Source: Bacilli bacterium (GTDB lineage Bacteria > Bacillota_I > Bacilli_A > RF39 > UBA660). Taken from it: a stretch of DNA of 64,000 nt. Below the pieces are notes generated by a model that ran no database searches, was not told the DNA's origin, and saw only the letters and a list, made by a program, of their open reading frames with translations. The DNA is taken from positions 1,160 to 65,159 of the forward strand of contig JAGBES010000021.1 of NCBI GenBank assembly GCA_017936845.1, written 5' to 3'. Shown piece after piece: positions 1-9,917 of this stretch. How positions within the stretch are numbered: position 1 is the first letter of the stretch; each line of letters begins with the position of its first letter. A program made the translations under genes and the position numbers.

Positions 1-2045
1 GTTTTCTTTATCATATCATATACAATTATATCATCTGATATTGAAATTAATTTTTCTGAATATTCATTATATTTTTCTATATAATCAATGCTTACGGTTT
101 CTTCATTATTTAATAGTTTTCCTTCTCCTCTACTTTGACTATAATACATTTTATCTGTTAACCAATTTCCACTTGGAAAAACTACAACATTTTCATCTAT
201 ACTGAAGATATCATTACCTAAAGCATATTTATTTTTAAATCCTAACATATTACCTATTGTTGGTTGAACATCTATCATTCCCATTACTTTAGTAACTTCG
301 GTTTGTAATTTAGTATCTTTTGACCATATAATTAATGGTACCTTTCTATTTAATTCATAGAAATAATAGTCTACATCTGTATAACCTTCATCACCTTTTT
401 TTAGTAATGAATCTGTTTCTGGAACATAATTATAAAAACGATTATATTCTGATTTTTTTAATTTATTATCATGGTCACCATATATTATAACCACTGTATT
501 ATCTAATATTCCTTCTTTATCTAAATCTTCCATTAATTGTCCTAGAGCTTCATCAGCATAATGTACTGATTTAAAATAACTACCTAGTATTGTACCTTCC
601 ATATAAGGTGCGACTGCCTCTTCATATTCACCAGTTTCTTCATTATACTTTTGATATTTATAGGTTACTTCATAATCACTTATATCATCTATATCTGTAA
701 ATGGTGTATGATTTGTAAGCATAATCATCAAACCGTAGAACTTTTCATTTTTCTCTTTTATTTCTTTTATAATTGGAACTGATTGTCTAAAAAATGATTT
801 ATCACTAAGTCCAAGACCAATTGTTTCATCTATTTCATATGCATTTTTATAACAATAAAATTTATCATAACCTAAATTTTTATGTGTTACTGATCTATTC
901 CAAAATGAACAATTGTTACCATGCATGCTAAATACGTAATATCCTTTTTCTTTCAATAATTTTTGTGTAGTAACATAATCTCTATCAAAATAATTCATAA
1001 ATACAGTTCCTCTAGTAGATGGAAGCAATGATGAAGCATAAGTAAATTCTGTATCGCTACTTGTTCCTACACTTTCCTCTGAGTAAAAATTAGAAAAATA
1101 TAATCCTTCTTCTGATAATCTTTTTAAATTCGGAGCAACCTCTTTTCCATTGAAACTTGTATTAAGTACAAAATTTTGAATACTTTCAGCATGAATAACT
1201 AAAACATTTTTTCCTTCAAAAATATTTGTATATTTATTTATTGTTGATGTATCTTCTTTAGAAGTATAGTATTCTCTAAATTCTTTAGCGCTCTCATCAT
1301 ATCCAAACAGTGGATTTAATTCTGCTTTTAATGTTGATGTAATATCATTTATTTGATACATATATAATCCAAATTGCATTACTATATATTCTCTATTCCA
1401 TTGTTTACCTAAACGACTTATATCAACAGCAGTTAAAGTTGATATAAATAATCCAACAAATATTATACCTACTACTAATGTGTTAATTGCTCTTACCTTT
1501 CCTACTTCTATTTTAGCTACCTTTTCATAATATCCTTTTTTCCTTAAGAAATTATGTACAAATATAATTGCAACTATTTGATATACATAGAAAAAATCTT
1601 TTAATTCCATGATATTTTTTACAATAGCATCACTTACTCCTACTGCTTGAGTTGAAGATTTTAAAAGTGATACTGATGAGAATGATAAATAGTTTGTGTA
1701 ATAAACAGAATTTATGACACAATCTATTACAAATATACAAGACCATATAAAATAGTATTTAAATTGATGTTTTGGTTTAAATAAATATCCAAAGGCACCT
1801 ATTATTAATATAATAGCTAAATCAGCTATTATAGGCTTTATATTAAAATAATTTTTTACTGTAAAAAATCTAACTAAATATTCATTTATTAAAGATGTTA
1901 GAACAAATGTCAAAAATAAAATATTAGTACTAAAATATCTTTTAGACCAATTTTTTAAACTTTTAAAAAATTCCATAAAATCTTTTTTTAATGTATCAAA
2001 TCCTATGTATTGTTTTAATTTATTAACCTTATACTTTTTTTTCAA
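1..2045 (-). CDS. LtaS-type (sulfatase-fold) lipoteichoic acid synthase family membrane protein; C-terminal end lies outside the window
   Basis: Not in the ORF track because it runs off the edge; I translated the minus strand by hand. GAGGTG RBS then a TTG start at 2045. An N-terminal multi-TM region is followed by VIHAESIQNF, GTSSDTEFT (Thr nucleophile context), MHGNNCSFWNR, LTNHTPF and IIYGDHD, which are typical of LtaS/phosphoglycerol transferases. Confidence 0.8.
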   Translation of the reverse strand, partial: MKKKYKVNKLKQYIGFDTLKKDFMEFFKSLKNWSKRYFSTNILFLTFVLTSLINEYLVRFFTVKNYFNIKPIIADLAIILIIGAFGYLFKPKHQFKYYFIWSCIFVIDCVINSVYYTNYLSFSSVSLLKSSTQAVGVSDAIVKNIMELKDFFYVYQIVAIIFVHNFLRKKGYYEKVAKIEVGKVRAINTLVVGIIFVGLFISTLTAVDISRLGKQWNREYIVMQFGLYMYQINDITSTLKAELNPLFGYDESAKEFREYYTSKEDTSTINKYTNIFEGKNVLVIHAESIQNFVLNTSFNGKEVAPNLKRLSEEGLYFSNFYSEESVGTSSDTEFTYASSLLPSTRGTVFMNYFDRDYVTTQKLLKEKGYYVFSMHGNNCSFWNRSVTHKNLGYDKFYCYKNAYEIDETIGLGLSDKSFFRQSVPIIKEIKEKNEKFYGLMIMLTNHTPFTDIDDISDYEVTYKYQKYNEETGEYEEAVAPYMEGTILGSYFKSVHYADEALGQLMEDLDKEGILDNTVVIIYGDHDNKLKKSEYNRFYNYVPETDSLLKKGDEGYTDVDYYFYELNRKVPLIIWSKDTKLQTEVTKVMGMIDVQPTIGNMLGFKNKYALGNDIFSIDENVVVFPSGNWLTDKMYYSQSRGEGKLLNNEETVSIDYIEKYNEYSEKLISISDDIIVYDMIKK

Positions 2046-2110
2046 ATGAATCACCTCATTAATACTTATTTAGTATAACACTTTTATATATTTTTTTCAA
2101 ATAACTTTAA

Positions 2111-2134
2111 CAAAAAAACACTTATATGTGTTTT
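2111..2134 (-). terminator. Rho-independent terminator after the ABC-2 permease gene
   Basis: AAACAC/GTGTTT stem directly after the stop at 2133-2135, followed by a T-run on the minus strand. Confidence 0.5.
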
Positions 2135-3428
2135 AATTTTTTATGGCTTTAAACATCTTTTTCCATAAATTTTTTGATGAATAATTTAGGATACCAGCTT
2201 TATATATTTTAATACCATATTTAATAATTAAAAAGTTTGTTAATATCATTATTGATATTGATATTATAATATCTATTATATTTATTTGGTTTAATACTAA
2301 AAGTGATGGTGATAATATTGCTGATATAAATGGTACATATGAAAGTATTCTGATAAAAATTGATCCTTTAAACATTCCAGCTATCATTGATAAATAATAC
2401 CCAATTAATGATATTATTATTATTGGTGATTGTAGTTGTCCAAAATCTTCTGAATTTGTTGTCATAGACGCTAATACAGCTGCTACTAAAGAATATGCAA
2501 TAAGAGTTAACAACATTAATATTAGTGTTAGCGGAATTATATATACTAAACTATTCATAAATTCGGTTGTTGATACATTATTTATTACTTCTATTATTTT
2601 ATTTTCTATATTTGATGATCCTATATTAATACCTTTTCTTATTAATATACCTATTATACTATATAAAAATAACATAATTGCTTGCATAATTACAAATGCA
2701 TTACCTGATATTATTTTAGACATAAAATGAGTTGTAGGTGATACATTTGATATTATTATTTCCATTCCTCTTGTTTGCTTTTCATCATTTACTTCTGCAC
2801 CTATTGTTTGAATTAAGAAAATTGATAACATAAAAAATGGTAATATTACAAATGGAAAGACTGTAGAAATTATCATTTCCATATTTTCATCTTCTGACTG
2901 TTTATTTTTATCCAAATATTCTCTTTTTATATTTACTTCTTTATATATACTATTTAATTCATTAGGATCTATATCAGATTTCTTAATTGCTAGTGCTATT
3001 TTAGTATTATTTATAGCACTTAATATTATTTGATAATTTATACTATCTATATAGCCTTTTGATATTATATTAGCATCTATTATATTTTCTTTATCTTCAT
3101 TTACTATAATTATTATTTCATCTTTTTTTATTTGTTTTTTTAGTTCTTTTTTTGTTTTATTTTCCTTTATTATTTCAAATGGTTGGTCTTCTATTATCTT
3201 TGTATTTTTTATATTATTTTCTATTAAGTCAAATGTATAATTTGTATTATCTACAATATATACTTTGGTCTTTTCTTCATATTCTCCTCCAAAAAGTTTA
3301 ATTATTGAATCTACATTCATTATTCCTATTATTAATGTTACAAGAATTATATTAGCTATTAAAAACCATTTACTTTTTATTTTTCTAAGAAAACTATTTT
3401 TTATTAAAAATATCAATTTATTTGTCAT
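2133..3428 (-). CDS. ABC-2 type transporter permease (NatB/YhaP-like)
   Basis: One N-terminal TM, a large extracytoplasmic loop, then a C-terminal cluster of about 5 TM helices. Overlaps the upstream ATPase gene by 11 nt. Confidence 0.7.
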   Translation of the reverse strand: MTNKLIFLIKNSFLRKIKSKWFLIANIILVTLIIGIMNVDSIIKLFGGEYEEKTKVYIVDNTNYTFDLIENNIKNTKIIEDQPFEIIKENKTKKELKKQIKKDEIIIIVNEDKENIIDANIISKGYIDSINYQIILSAINNTKIALAIKKSDIDPNELNSIYKEVNIKREYLDKNKQSEDENMEMIISTVFPFVILPFFMLSIFLIQTIGAEVNDEKQTRGMEIIISNVSPTTHFMSKIISGNAFVIMQAIMLFLYSIIGILIRKGINIGSSNIENKIIEVINNVSTTEFMNSLVYIIPLTLILMLLTLIAYSLVAAVLASMTTNSEDFGQLQSPIIIISLIGYYLSMIAGMFKGSIFIRILSYVPFISAILSPSLLVLNQINIIDIIISISIMILTNFLIIKYGIKIYKAGILNYSSKNLWKKMFKAIKN

Positions 3429-4317
3429 ATAGTATACCTACCTTTGATACAAAAATTTCATTAAGTGATGGTTCTTCTACTACAAATTTAGTAACGTTTT
3501 CTTTACTTTTAACCACATTAAATACATCATTTATAATAGAACTATCTTTAATTTTAACTTCAAATTCATCTGCTTTTTCTATAACTGCTATAACACCTGG
3601 TATTTTAGTTAAATCTTCTCTTTTTAAATTTGCTTTAATAAAAATATTCTTTTTTCGATACTTTTCTTTTATTTCTTTTAAATATCCTTCTAATACTGTT
3701 TTTCCTTTTAAGATAATTGTTAGTTTTTTACAAAATAATTCTACATGTTCCATACGATGTGATGAAAATATTATCATACTTCCCATTTTTGATAATTCTA
3801 TTATTTCGTTTTTAAATAATTCAACATTAAAAGGATCTAAGCCAGAAAAGGGCTCATCTAATATTAATAATTTAGGCTTATTAAGTATTGCTATAATAAA
3901 TTGAATTTTTTGTTGATTTCCTTTTGATAATTCTTTTATTTTTTTATCTTTATATTCACTTATCCCAAATTTTTCTAATAGATAATCTAATCTTTTTATT
4001 ATTTCTTCATTTTTCATATTTTTTAAATTACCATAGAATATTGCTTGTTCTTTTACTGTTAACTTTGTAAGTAAACTTCTTTCTTCTGTTAAAAAACCTA
4101 TATTATCTGTAATATTATAATCTATTTTTTTACCATCTAATGTTATTTGTCCACTTGTTGGTTCTAATAATCCCATTATCATTCTAAATGTTGTTGTTTT
4201 TCCTGCTCCATTTACTCCTAAAAGTCCAAATATTTCTCCTTCTTTTACGGTAAATGATAAATTATCTACTGCTTTAAAATTACCATAATATTTTGTTACA
4301 TTTTCTACTTTTAACAT
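3418..4317 (-). CDS. ABC transporter ATP-binding protein (NatA/YhaQ-like)
   Basis: Walker A GVNGAGKTT, signature LSKGNQQK, Walker B LLILDEPFSGLD, and an extra C-terminal domain. Confidence 0.85.
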   Translation of the reverse strand: MLKVENVTKYYGNFKAVDNLSFTVKEGEIFGLLGVNGAGKTTTFRMIMGLLEPTSGQITLDGKKIDYNITDNIGFLTEERSLLTKLTVKEQAIFYGNLKNMKNEEIIKRLDYLLEKFGISEYKDKKIKELSKGNQQKIQFIIAILNKPKLLILDEPFSGLDPFNVELFKNEIIELSKMGSMIIFSSHRMEHVELFCKKLTIILKGKTVLEGYLKEIKEKYRKKNIFIKANLKREDLTKIPGVIAVIEKADEFEVKIKDSSIINDVFNVVKSKENVTKFVVEEPSLNEIFVSKVGILYDK

Positions 4318-4324
4318 ATTTCAC

Positions 4325-4609
4325 CTATCCATAATATCTTTTTAAATATACATTTTTTCCATTTTTATTTAATATAAATAAATCTTTATCTTTTTCTTCT
4401 GTTATTTTTCTTCCATATTTTGAATCTAGCGGTCCAAAACTATACATTATATTTTCATTTTCTAGAATTTCTTCATTTAAATATACATAATCTCCTTCTT
4501 TAGGTTCTTCTTCTAAATCATAAAATTCAATTAATAATACATATTTTTTTTGTTTATCTTTTAAATAATAATGAAAATTTTCTATTTTTTCTATTAATAA
4601 TTTCTTCAT
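4325..4609 (-). CDS. hypothetical small protein (94 aa)
   Basis: ORF with an upstream TTGAAA-N17-TATAAT promoter-like sequence. No recognisable motif. Confidence 0.45.
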   Translation of the reverse strand: MKKLLIEKIENFHYYLKDKQKKYVLLIEFYDLEEEPKEGDYVYLNEEILENENIMYSFGPLDSKYGRKITEEKDKDLFILNKNGKNVYLKRYYG

Positions 4610-4653
4610 TTTATCACCAAATTTATTATATATTAGTCTTTTATTTTTTTCAA

Positions 4654-4676
4654 TAAAAAAAGTCTATTGTAGACTT
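4654..4676 (-). terminator. terminator downstream of pilin-like gene 1
   Basis: AAGTCTA/TAGACTT stem followed by a T-run on the minus strand. Confidence 0.45.
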
Positions 4677-4729
4677 ATCTTTAAATTATTATATTGTTTA
4701 GTTAATATTTATGTCATAACTAAATATAA

Positions 4730-6424
4730 TTATTTATTTTCTATTTCATATGGATTATTCCATGTACCATTTCCATTAGAAATAGTAAGATCATTTTTAA
4801 CTTTTATAACTGGGCGAACACCATTTCCATTATACACACTATGTTGCATACCAAAACCATTGCTATAAACACGCCATGCTTTTTTAGATTCATTAGTATA
4901 TTTATTCATTGTCCAATAATAAAATATATTATTACTTGTTGTTGTATAATTTTGAGTTAATATTGTTGAAGATTGTCCTGACAATATTTCTCCCATCCTT
5001 ATTAATCCTACTTTGGTTGATATTCCGTTTGTTTTTGCCAATGAATTTATATAACTAAACCCTTCTTCTATTTCATCGCCTTGATAATACATTGTTTTTA
5101 CTATCTTATTAGAATTTAATAAACCCAACCATCTTAATACATCACTGTTTAATGTTGCGCCTATTCCTGAATCTAATACAAATGTATTATTATCTCCATA
5201 AGGTATATAATCATCATAAAATCCATCTAATATTAGTTTTATTCCATCGCTTTCTTTACTTACTACTCTATATGTTTTTCCTTCTAGTTTTATATATTCT
5301 CCACTTGTTACATTTTCTCCTAGTGTCCCCGTTTTATCACTTTCTTTATTCTCTGAAAGTACATAGTAATTTGAAGTGGTACCATCACCTTTGGTGATAG
5401 TAGATGTAGAATCGACATTTATAACTGGGCGAACTCCGTAAGAATCAACTATGGAACAAGATACAGCTTTACCAGTAACATCAAAACTTTTAATAATAGA
5501 AACACTATCTGGTGTCATTGTCCAAAAAATTGGTCCTAATAAGTAAGAAGAAGTATTTTCTTTTGATAAATAATATTCATCATATGATATTATTCCTACT
5601 TTTGCTATTACTTTATTTTCACTTGTACATGTTGTTCTTGCTTTTGTAAAAAATTTTTCATTACAAAAGTATGCACCTTCTTTTATAATACTTTTAGTAC
5701 TATTTAAATTACCATAAAAATAATCATTCAACCAATCATTTATATATCCTTCATTTATTTTATATGTTAAAGCTGTATTATAATATCCATATGGCATTGT
5801 TGCTATATTTTCATCTGTTATTAATCTTACTGTACCATCACTATTTATTCCCATGATTCTCCACATAAATCCATTATACCATACATAGTTATTTGTACTT
5901 GTTCCTTTTATATAACAACCATCCATATAGTTATATGTTCCACTTGTTTTACATGCTCCATTTTCATATACTAATGCTTTAGCTTTTTCTAATATTGGAT
6001 CTCCTTTAAGTACTACTTCTTCATTATTTGAACTATCACAAGCTCCATTTGTTTTTGCTTCTTTTCCATCATATTCTACATTATAATTATTTATACAAAG
6101 TGTTGCTTTTGTTATTCTTCCTTTTGTTATTGTTATTTTTCCACTTGTTGGTTTTGTTCCTTTTAATTTTACTTTATCTTCTATTGTTGTTATATCTATA
6201 TTTTCTCCGTCTTCTATTTTTGGATATTTTGTACTATCTAGCATACTCATTGAATTATTATATTCGATTGCTTCTATATAACCATATGCACTATCTACTG
6301 ATGCACTCTTTTTTGAATTATTTATCATATTTAATATTATTGGGGTTGCAATTAAAGCTATAATTGCTAGTATTACTATTACGGCTAGTAATTCTATTAA
6401 TGTAAATCCTTTTTTATTCTTCAT
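4730..6424 (-). CDS. modular type IV pilin-like protein 1 (prepilin N-terminal methylation domain plus two repeated C-terminal modules)
   Basis: MKNKKG|FTLIELLAVIVILAIIALIA: class III signal with Gly-1, Phe+1 and Glu+5. Pilin module of about 130 aa ending in a Cys pair. Two modules of about 200 aa each end in GVRPVI(N/K)V and contain W/YR..DG..(R/K)LI, KVG(I/L)I..E and (F/Y)WTM, a pattern I associate with DUF6273-type domains. Confidence 0.8.
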   Translation of the reverse strand: MKNKKGFTLIELLAVIVILAIIALIATPIILNMINNSKKSASVDSAYGYIEAIEYNNSMSMLDSTKYPKIEDGENIDITTIEDKVKLKGTKPTSGKITITKGRITKATLCINNYNVEYDGKEAKTNGACDSSNNEEVVLKGDPILEKAKALVYENGACKTSGTYNYMDGCYIKGTSTNNYVWYNGFMWRIMGINSDGTVRLITDENIATMPYGYYNTALTYKINEGYINDWLNDYFYGNLNSTKSIIKEGAYFCNEKFFTKARTTCTSENKVIAKVGIISYDEYYLSKENTSSYLLGPIFWTMTPDSVSIIKSFDVTGKAVSCSIVDSYGVRPVINVDSTSTITKGDGTTSNYYVLSENKESDKTGTLGENVTSGEYIKLEGKTYRVVSKESDGIKLILDGFYDDYIPYGDNNTFVLDSGIGATLNSDVLRWLGLLNSNKIVKTMYYQGDEIEEGFSYINSLAKTNGISTKVGLIRMGEILSGQSSTILTQNYTTTSNNIFYYWTMNKYTNESKKAWRVYSNGFGMQHSVYNGNGVRPVIKVKNDLTISNGNGTWNNPYEIENK

Positions 6425-6505
6425 ATTTTTCCTACTTCCTATTTTTTCTATACTAATTATATATAAAAAAAACTAATTTTTCAACTAGTTTTTAAATAAA
6501 ATATT

Positions 6506-7135
6506 TTATATCAAATCACTTTTTTTTATTATGTAAGTTTTATTTTTAGTATAAAAAGCATAAAATACATCTTCTAATTTTAAATTTTGTTTTTCTAATA
6601 ATTTATATAGCCATAATTTATCTTTTTTTATTTCTTTTAGTACTTCAAAATCAATTATTCCATCAAGTATTATGGGCATTGGATAATCCTTTGTTTTTTG
6701 AAATACTGATAGAGTCCCACTGTTTTCAAGTACAGCATAATCTACCTCTTCTATGCTTTTTATACCTTTTTCTCTTAACTGTGATATTAAATCATCTAAA
6801 CTATATCTTAATTTAGTCATTTGTTCAAAACATACTTTCCCTTTTTTTATAATAATACTTGGTCTACCATCTAAAAAGTTTCTTATTTTATTATTTTTCA
6901 TACTTATATAACTAAGTGATATTTGAATAATTACTAGTTCTATTATAGGTACTATTGAAACAAATATTGATCTTTTAGTTTCTTCTATACATATAGCTGC
7001 AAGTTCAGCTATTAAAATTGTTACAATTAAATCAATTATACTAAGTTCTCCAACTTCTTTTTTACCCATAATACGATATGATAATACAATTAAAAAATAT
7101 AATATAAATGTTTTTATTATAATATCTATGTACAT
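6506..7135 (-). CDS. DUF421 (YetF/YdfS family) membrane protein
   Basis: TM N-terminus followed by a soluble YetF-like C-terminal domain. Start moved to M16 (ATG 7135), which has an AGGTGA RBS. Confidence 0.65.
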   Translation of the reverse strand: MYIDIIIKTFILYFLIVLSYRIMGKKEVGELSIIDLIVTILIAELAAICIEETKRSIFVSIVPIIELVIIQISLSYISMKNNKIRNFLDGRPSIIIKKGKVCFEQMTKLRYSLDDLISQLREKGIKSIEEVDYAVLENSGTLSVFQKTKDYPMPIILDGIIDFEVLKEIKKDKLWLYKLLEKQNLKLEDVFYAFYTKNKTYIIKKSDLI

Positions 7136-7206
7136 AAGATCACCTATTTTATTATGGTAAGTTCTATTTTTTTTATTCAAGAATATTTTTTATTAAGGGT
7201 GATTTT

Positions 7207-7581
7207 ATGAATTATATAAAAAATGTTTCTTTTAGTATTTTATATATTATTGGTTTTATACTTATATTAACTTTTATTTTAACTTTATTTTCTTATTTCA
7301 ATATTTTTTCTGATAAATTAGTTTCTATTTTTAAAATATTAATACCTATTATTTCATTATTCATAGGTGGTTATTATTTAGGAAAAAGAAGCAATAAAAA
7401 AGGTTGGTTAGAAGGTTTAAAATTAGGTTTTATTTTTCTTGTTTTATTAATTATTTTTGAATTTTTAGCACTTGATATTGATTTTAAAATTAAAAATATA
7501 ATATATTATTTAATTATTATTTCTTCAACTTCGTTTGGTAGTATTATTGGTATTAATAAAAATATTGTCGAAAACAATTAA
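7207..7581 (+). CDS. small 4-TM membrane protein (YrzE/TIGR04086-like)
   Basis: 124 aa with four hydrophobic segments. The GGYYLGKRSNKKGWLEGLKLG motif resembles that family. Confidence 0.45.
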   Translation: MNYIKNVSFSILYIIGFILILTFILTLFSYFNIFSDKLVSIFKILIPIISLFIGGYYLGKRSNKKGWLEGLKLGFIFLVLLIIFEFLALDIDFKIKNIIYYLIIISSTSFGSIIGINKNIVENN

Positions 7582-7612
7582 TTGTGTTATAATCATTTAA
7601 CCGGGTGATTAT

Positions 7613-8110
7613 ATGACAAAATTTATTCTTGTTAGGCATACTAGTCCTAACTACTTAAAAGTTTTTGATATGGATATTAATAAATATTACGCTACAGCAT
7701 TTGCTCCTTTATCTAAAAAAGGAAAAGATGACGCTTTAATTTTAAGTGAAAATGAAATATTTAATAATAGTGACATTATGATATCTTCTCCTTTTACTAG
7801 GACACTTGAAACAGCTAATATAATTAATAAACATAATTTAGATTTAATTGTAGAACCAGGTTTACATGAATGGTTACCTGATATAAATAAAGAATACTTT
7901 AATGATTACTATAATAATATTGGTCCTTTTGAATCTTTAAAGAGTATAAAAAAAAGAAGTTTAAGTGTTTTAGAAAAATATTTAAATTATAATAAAGTGA
8001 TTGTTGTTTCTCATAGGGTTGTTATTTATTCTTTAACTAATATGGATACTAAAATGGGTGAATTCCATGAAATTGAAATGGATAAAAATAAAATAAAAGT
8101 AAAAAGATAA
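7613..8110 (+). CDS. histidine phosphatase family protein
   Basis: ILVRHT (RHG-type motif), SSPFTRTLETA, VVSHRVVI. Confidence 0.7.
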   Translation: MTKFILVRHTSPNYLKVFDMDINKYYATAFAPLSKKGKDDALILSENEIFNNSDIMISSPFTRTLETANIINKHNLDLIVEPGLHEWLPDINKEYFNDYYNNIGPFESLKSIKKRSLSVLEKYLNYNKVIVVSHRVVIYSLTNMDTKMGEFHEIEMDKNKIKVKR

Positions 8111-8114
8111 TAAA

Positions 8115-9143
8115 TCAACTTATTATCTTTTTTGCTGTTTTAAATATCATATATTTTATAATTGCTAGTAAATACGATATTACAAATACTATTAAAACTA
8201 TAGGCATCATAAATTTTAAATACTCTATTGGTGTTTTTAAATAATTATCTAGATTTTTATAAATAATCAAATCTACTATATAAGAAAACAAATATATATC
8301 AAGTGATAATTTAGAGATATTTGTTATTATTTTTGATATTATTTTATTTTTTATATCTGTTTTATATATTAATAAGAAGAATATTGTAGACATAATTATT
8401 ACAAGTAAACTATTATATCCTCCTAAGAAGCTTTTAGAAAAAATATCATTATAACTATAAATATATGTAAGAATTGTTTCTAATAATAATATACCAACAA
8501 ATATAAATATACCTTTTTTCTTTTTTATTTCTACTTGATATTCATTTATATAAGCACCTATAAAGTAATAAATATATGGATATAATATACTCCACCAATC
8601 TGGTATGATTTCTAATTTTATTTTATCAATATATAAATAGTTAACAAGTGGATATATAGAACATATACTTATTAATGTTAATATTAAGTATTGTTTTTTC
8701 TTTTTAGTATCTAAGGAATTATATAATATATTTAAAAATGGAATAATTAGAAATAAACCTATATACATTTCTACATACCAAGCATATCCACAAGCTGTAA
8801 AATCAAAAATACTTATTATCATTTTTAATATTCTTATATTTTCACCAAGATATATTTTTCTAAATAGAATACATATTATTGAAATAAAAATATAACTTAA
8901 TAATATATTTATAATTCTTTTATAGTATTTTTTATCTAATTTATCATTTCTTTTTAAATAACCAGTTAGTAACATAAATAATGGTACTCCTATATAAAAT
9001 AACCATCTAAATAGAATTGATATAAACATTCCTATTCCTTTTACATTAGTCTCATAAAAACCATTATTAAGAAAAAAATGAACGGATGGTACAAATAAAA
9101 CTGCTATAAATCTTACTAAATCAAGACCAGTTATCCTTTTCAT
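8115..9143 (-). CDS. acyltransferase family 3 (AT3) membrane protein
   Basis: GLDLVRFIAVLFV...H motif at the N-terminus and about 10 TM segments. Start set at ATG 9143 (GGTGA RBS). Confidence 0.7.
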   Translation of the reverse strand: MKRITGLDLVRFIAVLFVPSVHFFLNNGFYETNVKGIGMFISILFRWLFYIGVPLFMLLTGYLKRNDKLDKKYYKRIINILLSYIFISIICILFRKIYLGENIRILKMIISIFDFTACGYAWYVEMYIGLFLIIPFLNILYNSLDTKKKKQYLILTLISICSIYPLVNYLYIDKIKLEIIPDWWSILYPYIYYFIGAYINEYQVEIKKKKGIFIFVGILLLETILTYIYSYNDIFSKSFLGGYNSLLVIIMSTIFFLLIYKTDIKNKIISKIITNISKLSLDIYLFSYIVDLIIYKNLDNYLKTPIEYLKFMMPIVLIVFVISYLLAIIKYMIFKTAKKIIS

Positions 9144-9234
9144 ACAAATCACCACTTTTATTTTAACATATTTTAATATTTTTGTTATATATTTTTATTT
9201 ATATGTTATAATAAATATTTAATGAGGTGTATTT

Positions 9235-9909
9235 ATGAAAAAGAAAAAAAAGAAAATTTCTTATTTAAATTTAATTTTAATTTTTACATCAGTCTGTTTA
9301 ACTATATCTGTTTTTTTTAACATTTATCTTTCTAATAAAAAATATGTTAATTATGAAATGGATGAAAATATTGTATTCTTTGGTGATTCAATTACTAATA
9401 AATATAAAGTTGAAGAGTTCTTCCCAAATAGTCATGTTGTCAACAGTGGAATAAGTGGTGATAAAAGTTCTGATTTAATTGAAAGAATGGATGATGTTTA
9501 TAAATATAATCCATCTAAAGTATTTTTACTTATTGGTATTAATGATTTAAACAATGCTGTAGACCAAGATGAAATATTAAATAATATTCAAAAGATAGTT
9601 AATGGTATTAAAACAAATAGAAAATATACAAAAATTTATATTGAATCTGTTTATCCAATAAATAGAAATAGTTTTAATGAAAAAGATTATTCATTTAATG
9701 AAGATATTACAAATGATACTATTAAAGATTTTAACAATAAATTAAAGAATCTATGTAAAGAAAATAAAATTAATTATGTAAATGTCTATGATAATTTATT
9801 AGATTCTGATGGTAACCTAAAAGATATTTATACAGTTGAAGGATTACATTTAAATGATTTAGGTTATTATAAAGTTACTTCTAGTATAATTAAGTATATA
9901 AAAAAATAA
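9235..9909 (+). CDS. SGNH/GDSL hydrolase with N-terminal membrane anchor
   Basis: FFGDSIT (block I Ser), GINDL (block III), and DGLH-type block V (EGLHLND). Confidence 0.75.
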   Translation: MKKKKKKISYLNLILIFTSVCLTISVFFNIYLSNKKYVNYEMDENIVFFGDSITNKYKVEEFFPNSHVVNSGISGDKSSDLIERMDDVYKYNPSKVFLLIGINDLNNAVDQDEILNNIQKIVNGIKTNRKYTKIYIESVYPINRNSFNEKDYSFNEDITNDTIKDFNNKLKNLCKENKINYVNVYDNLLDSDGNLKDIYTVEGLHLNDLGYYKVTSSIIKYIKK

Positions 9910-9917
9910 TCATATGA

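Noticed and set aside
3422-3904. A 160-aa plus-strand ORF. There are many similar track ORFs, for example 5152-5397, 6028-6363, 10253-10528, 13159-13472, 19014-19229, 19723-20168, 22358-22609, 23274-23480, 23866-24105, 29349-29543, 30610-30819, 34816-35010, 36196-36435, 37302-37607, 38228-39814, 40049-40246, 42247-42594, 44333-44971, 45466-45669, 46635-46817, 53643-55730, 57602-57787, 60441-60653, 61027-61281 and 62763-62945.
   Set aside because: All lie antisense to, and fully inside, well-supported genes with clear motifs. Their translations are L/F/I/S/Y-rich low-complexity strings typical of the reverse strand of AT-rich coding DNA, and none has a convincing RBS.
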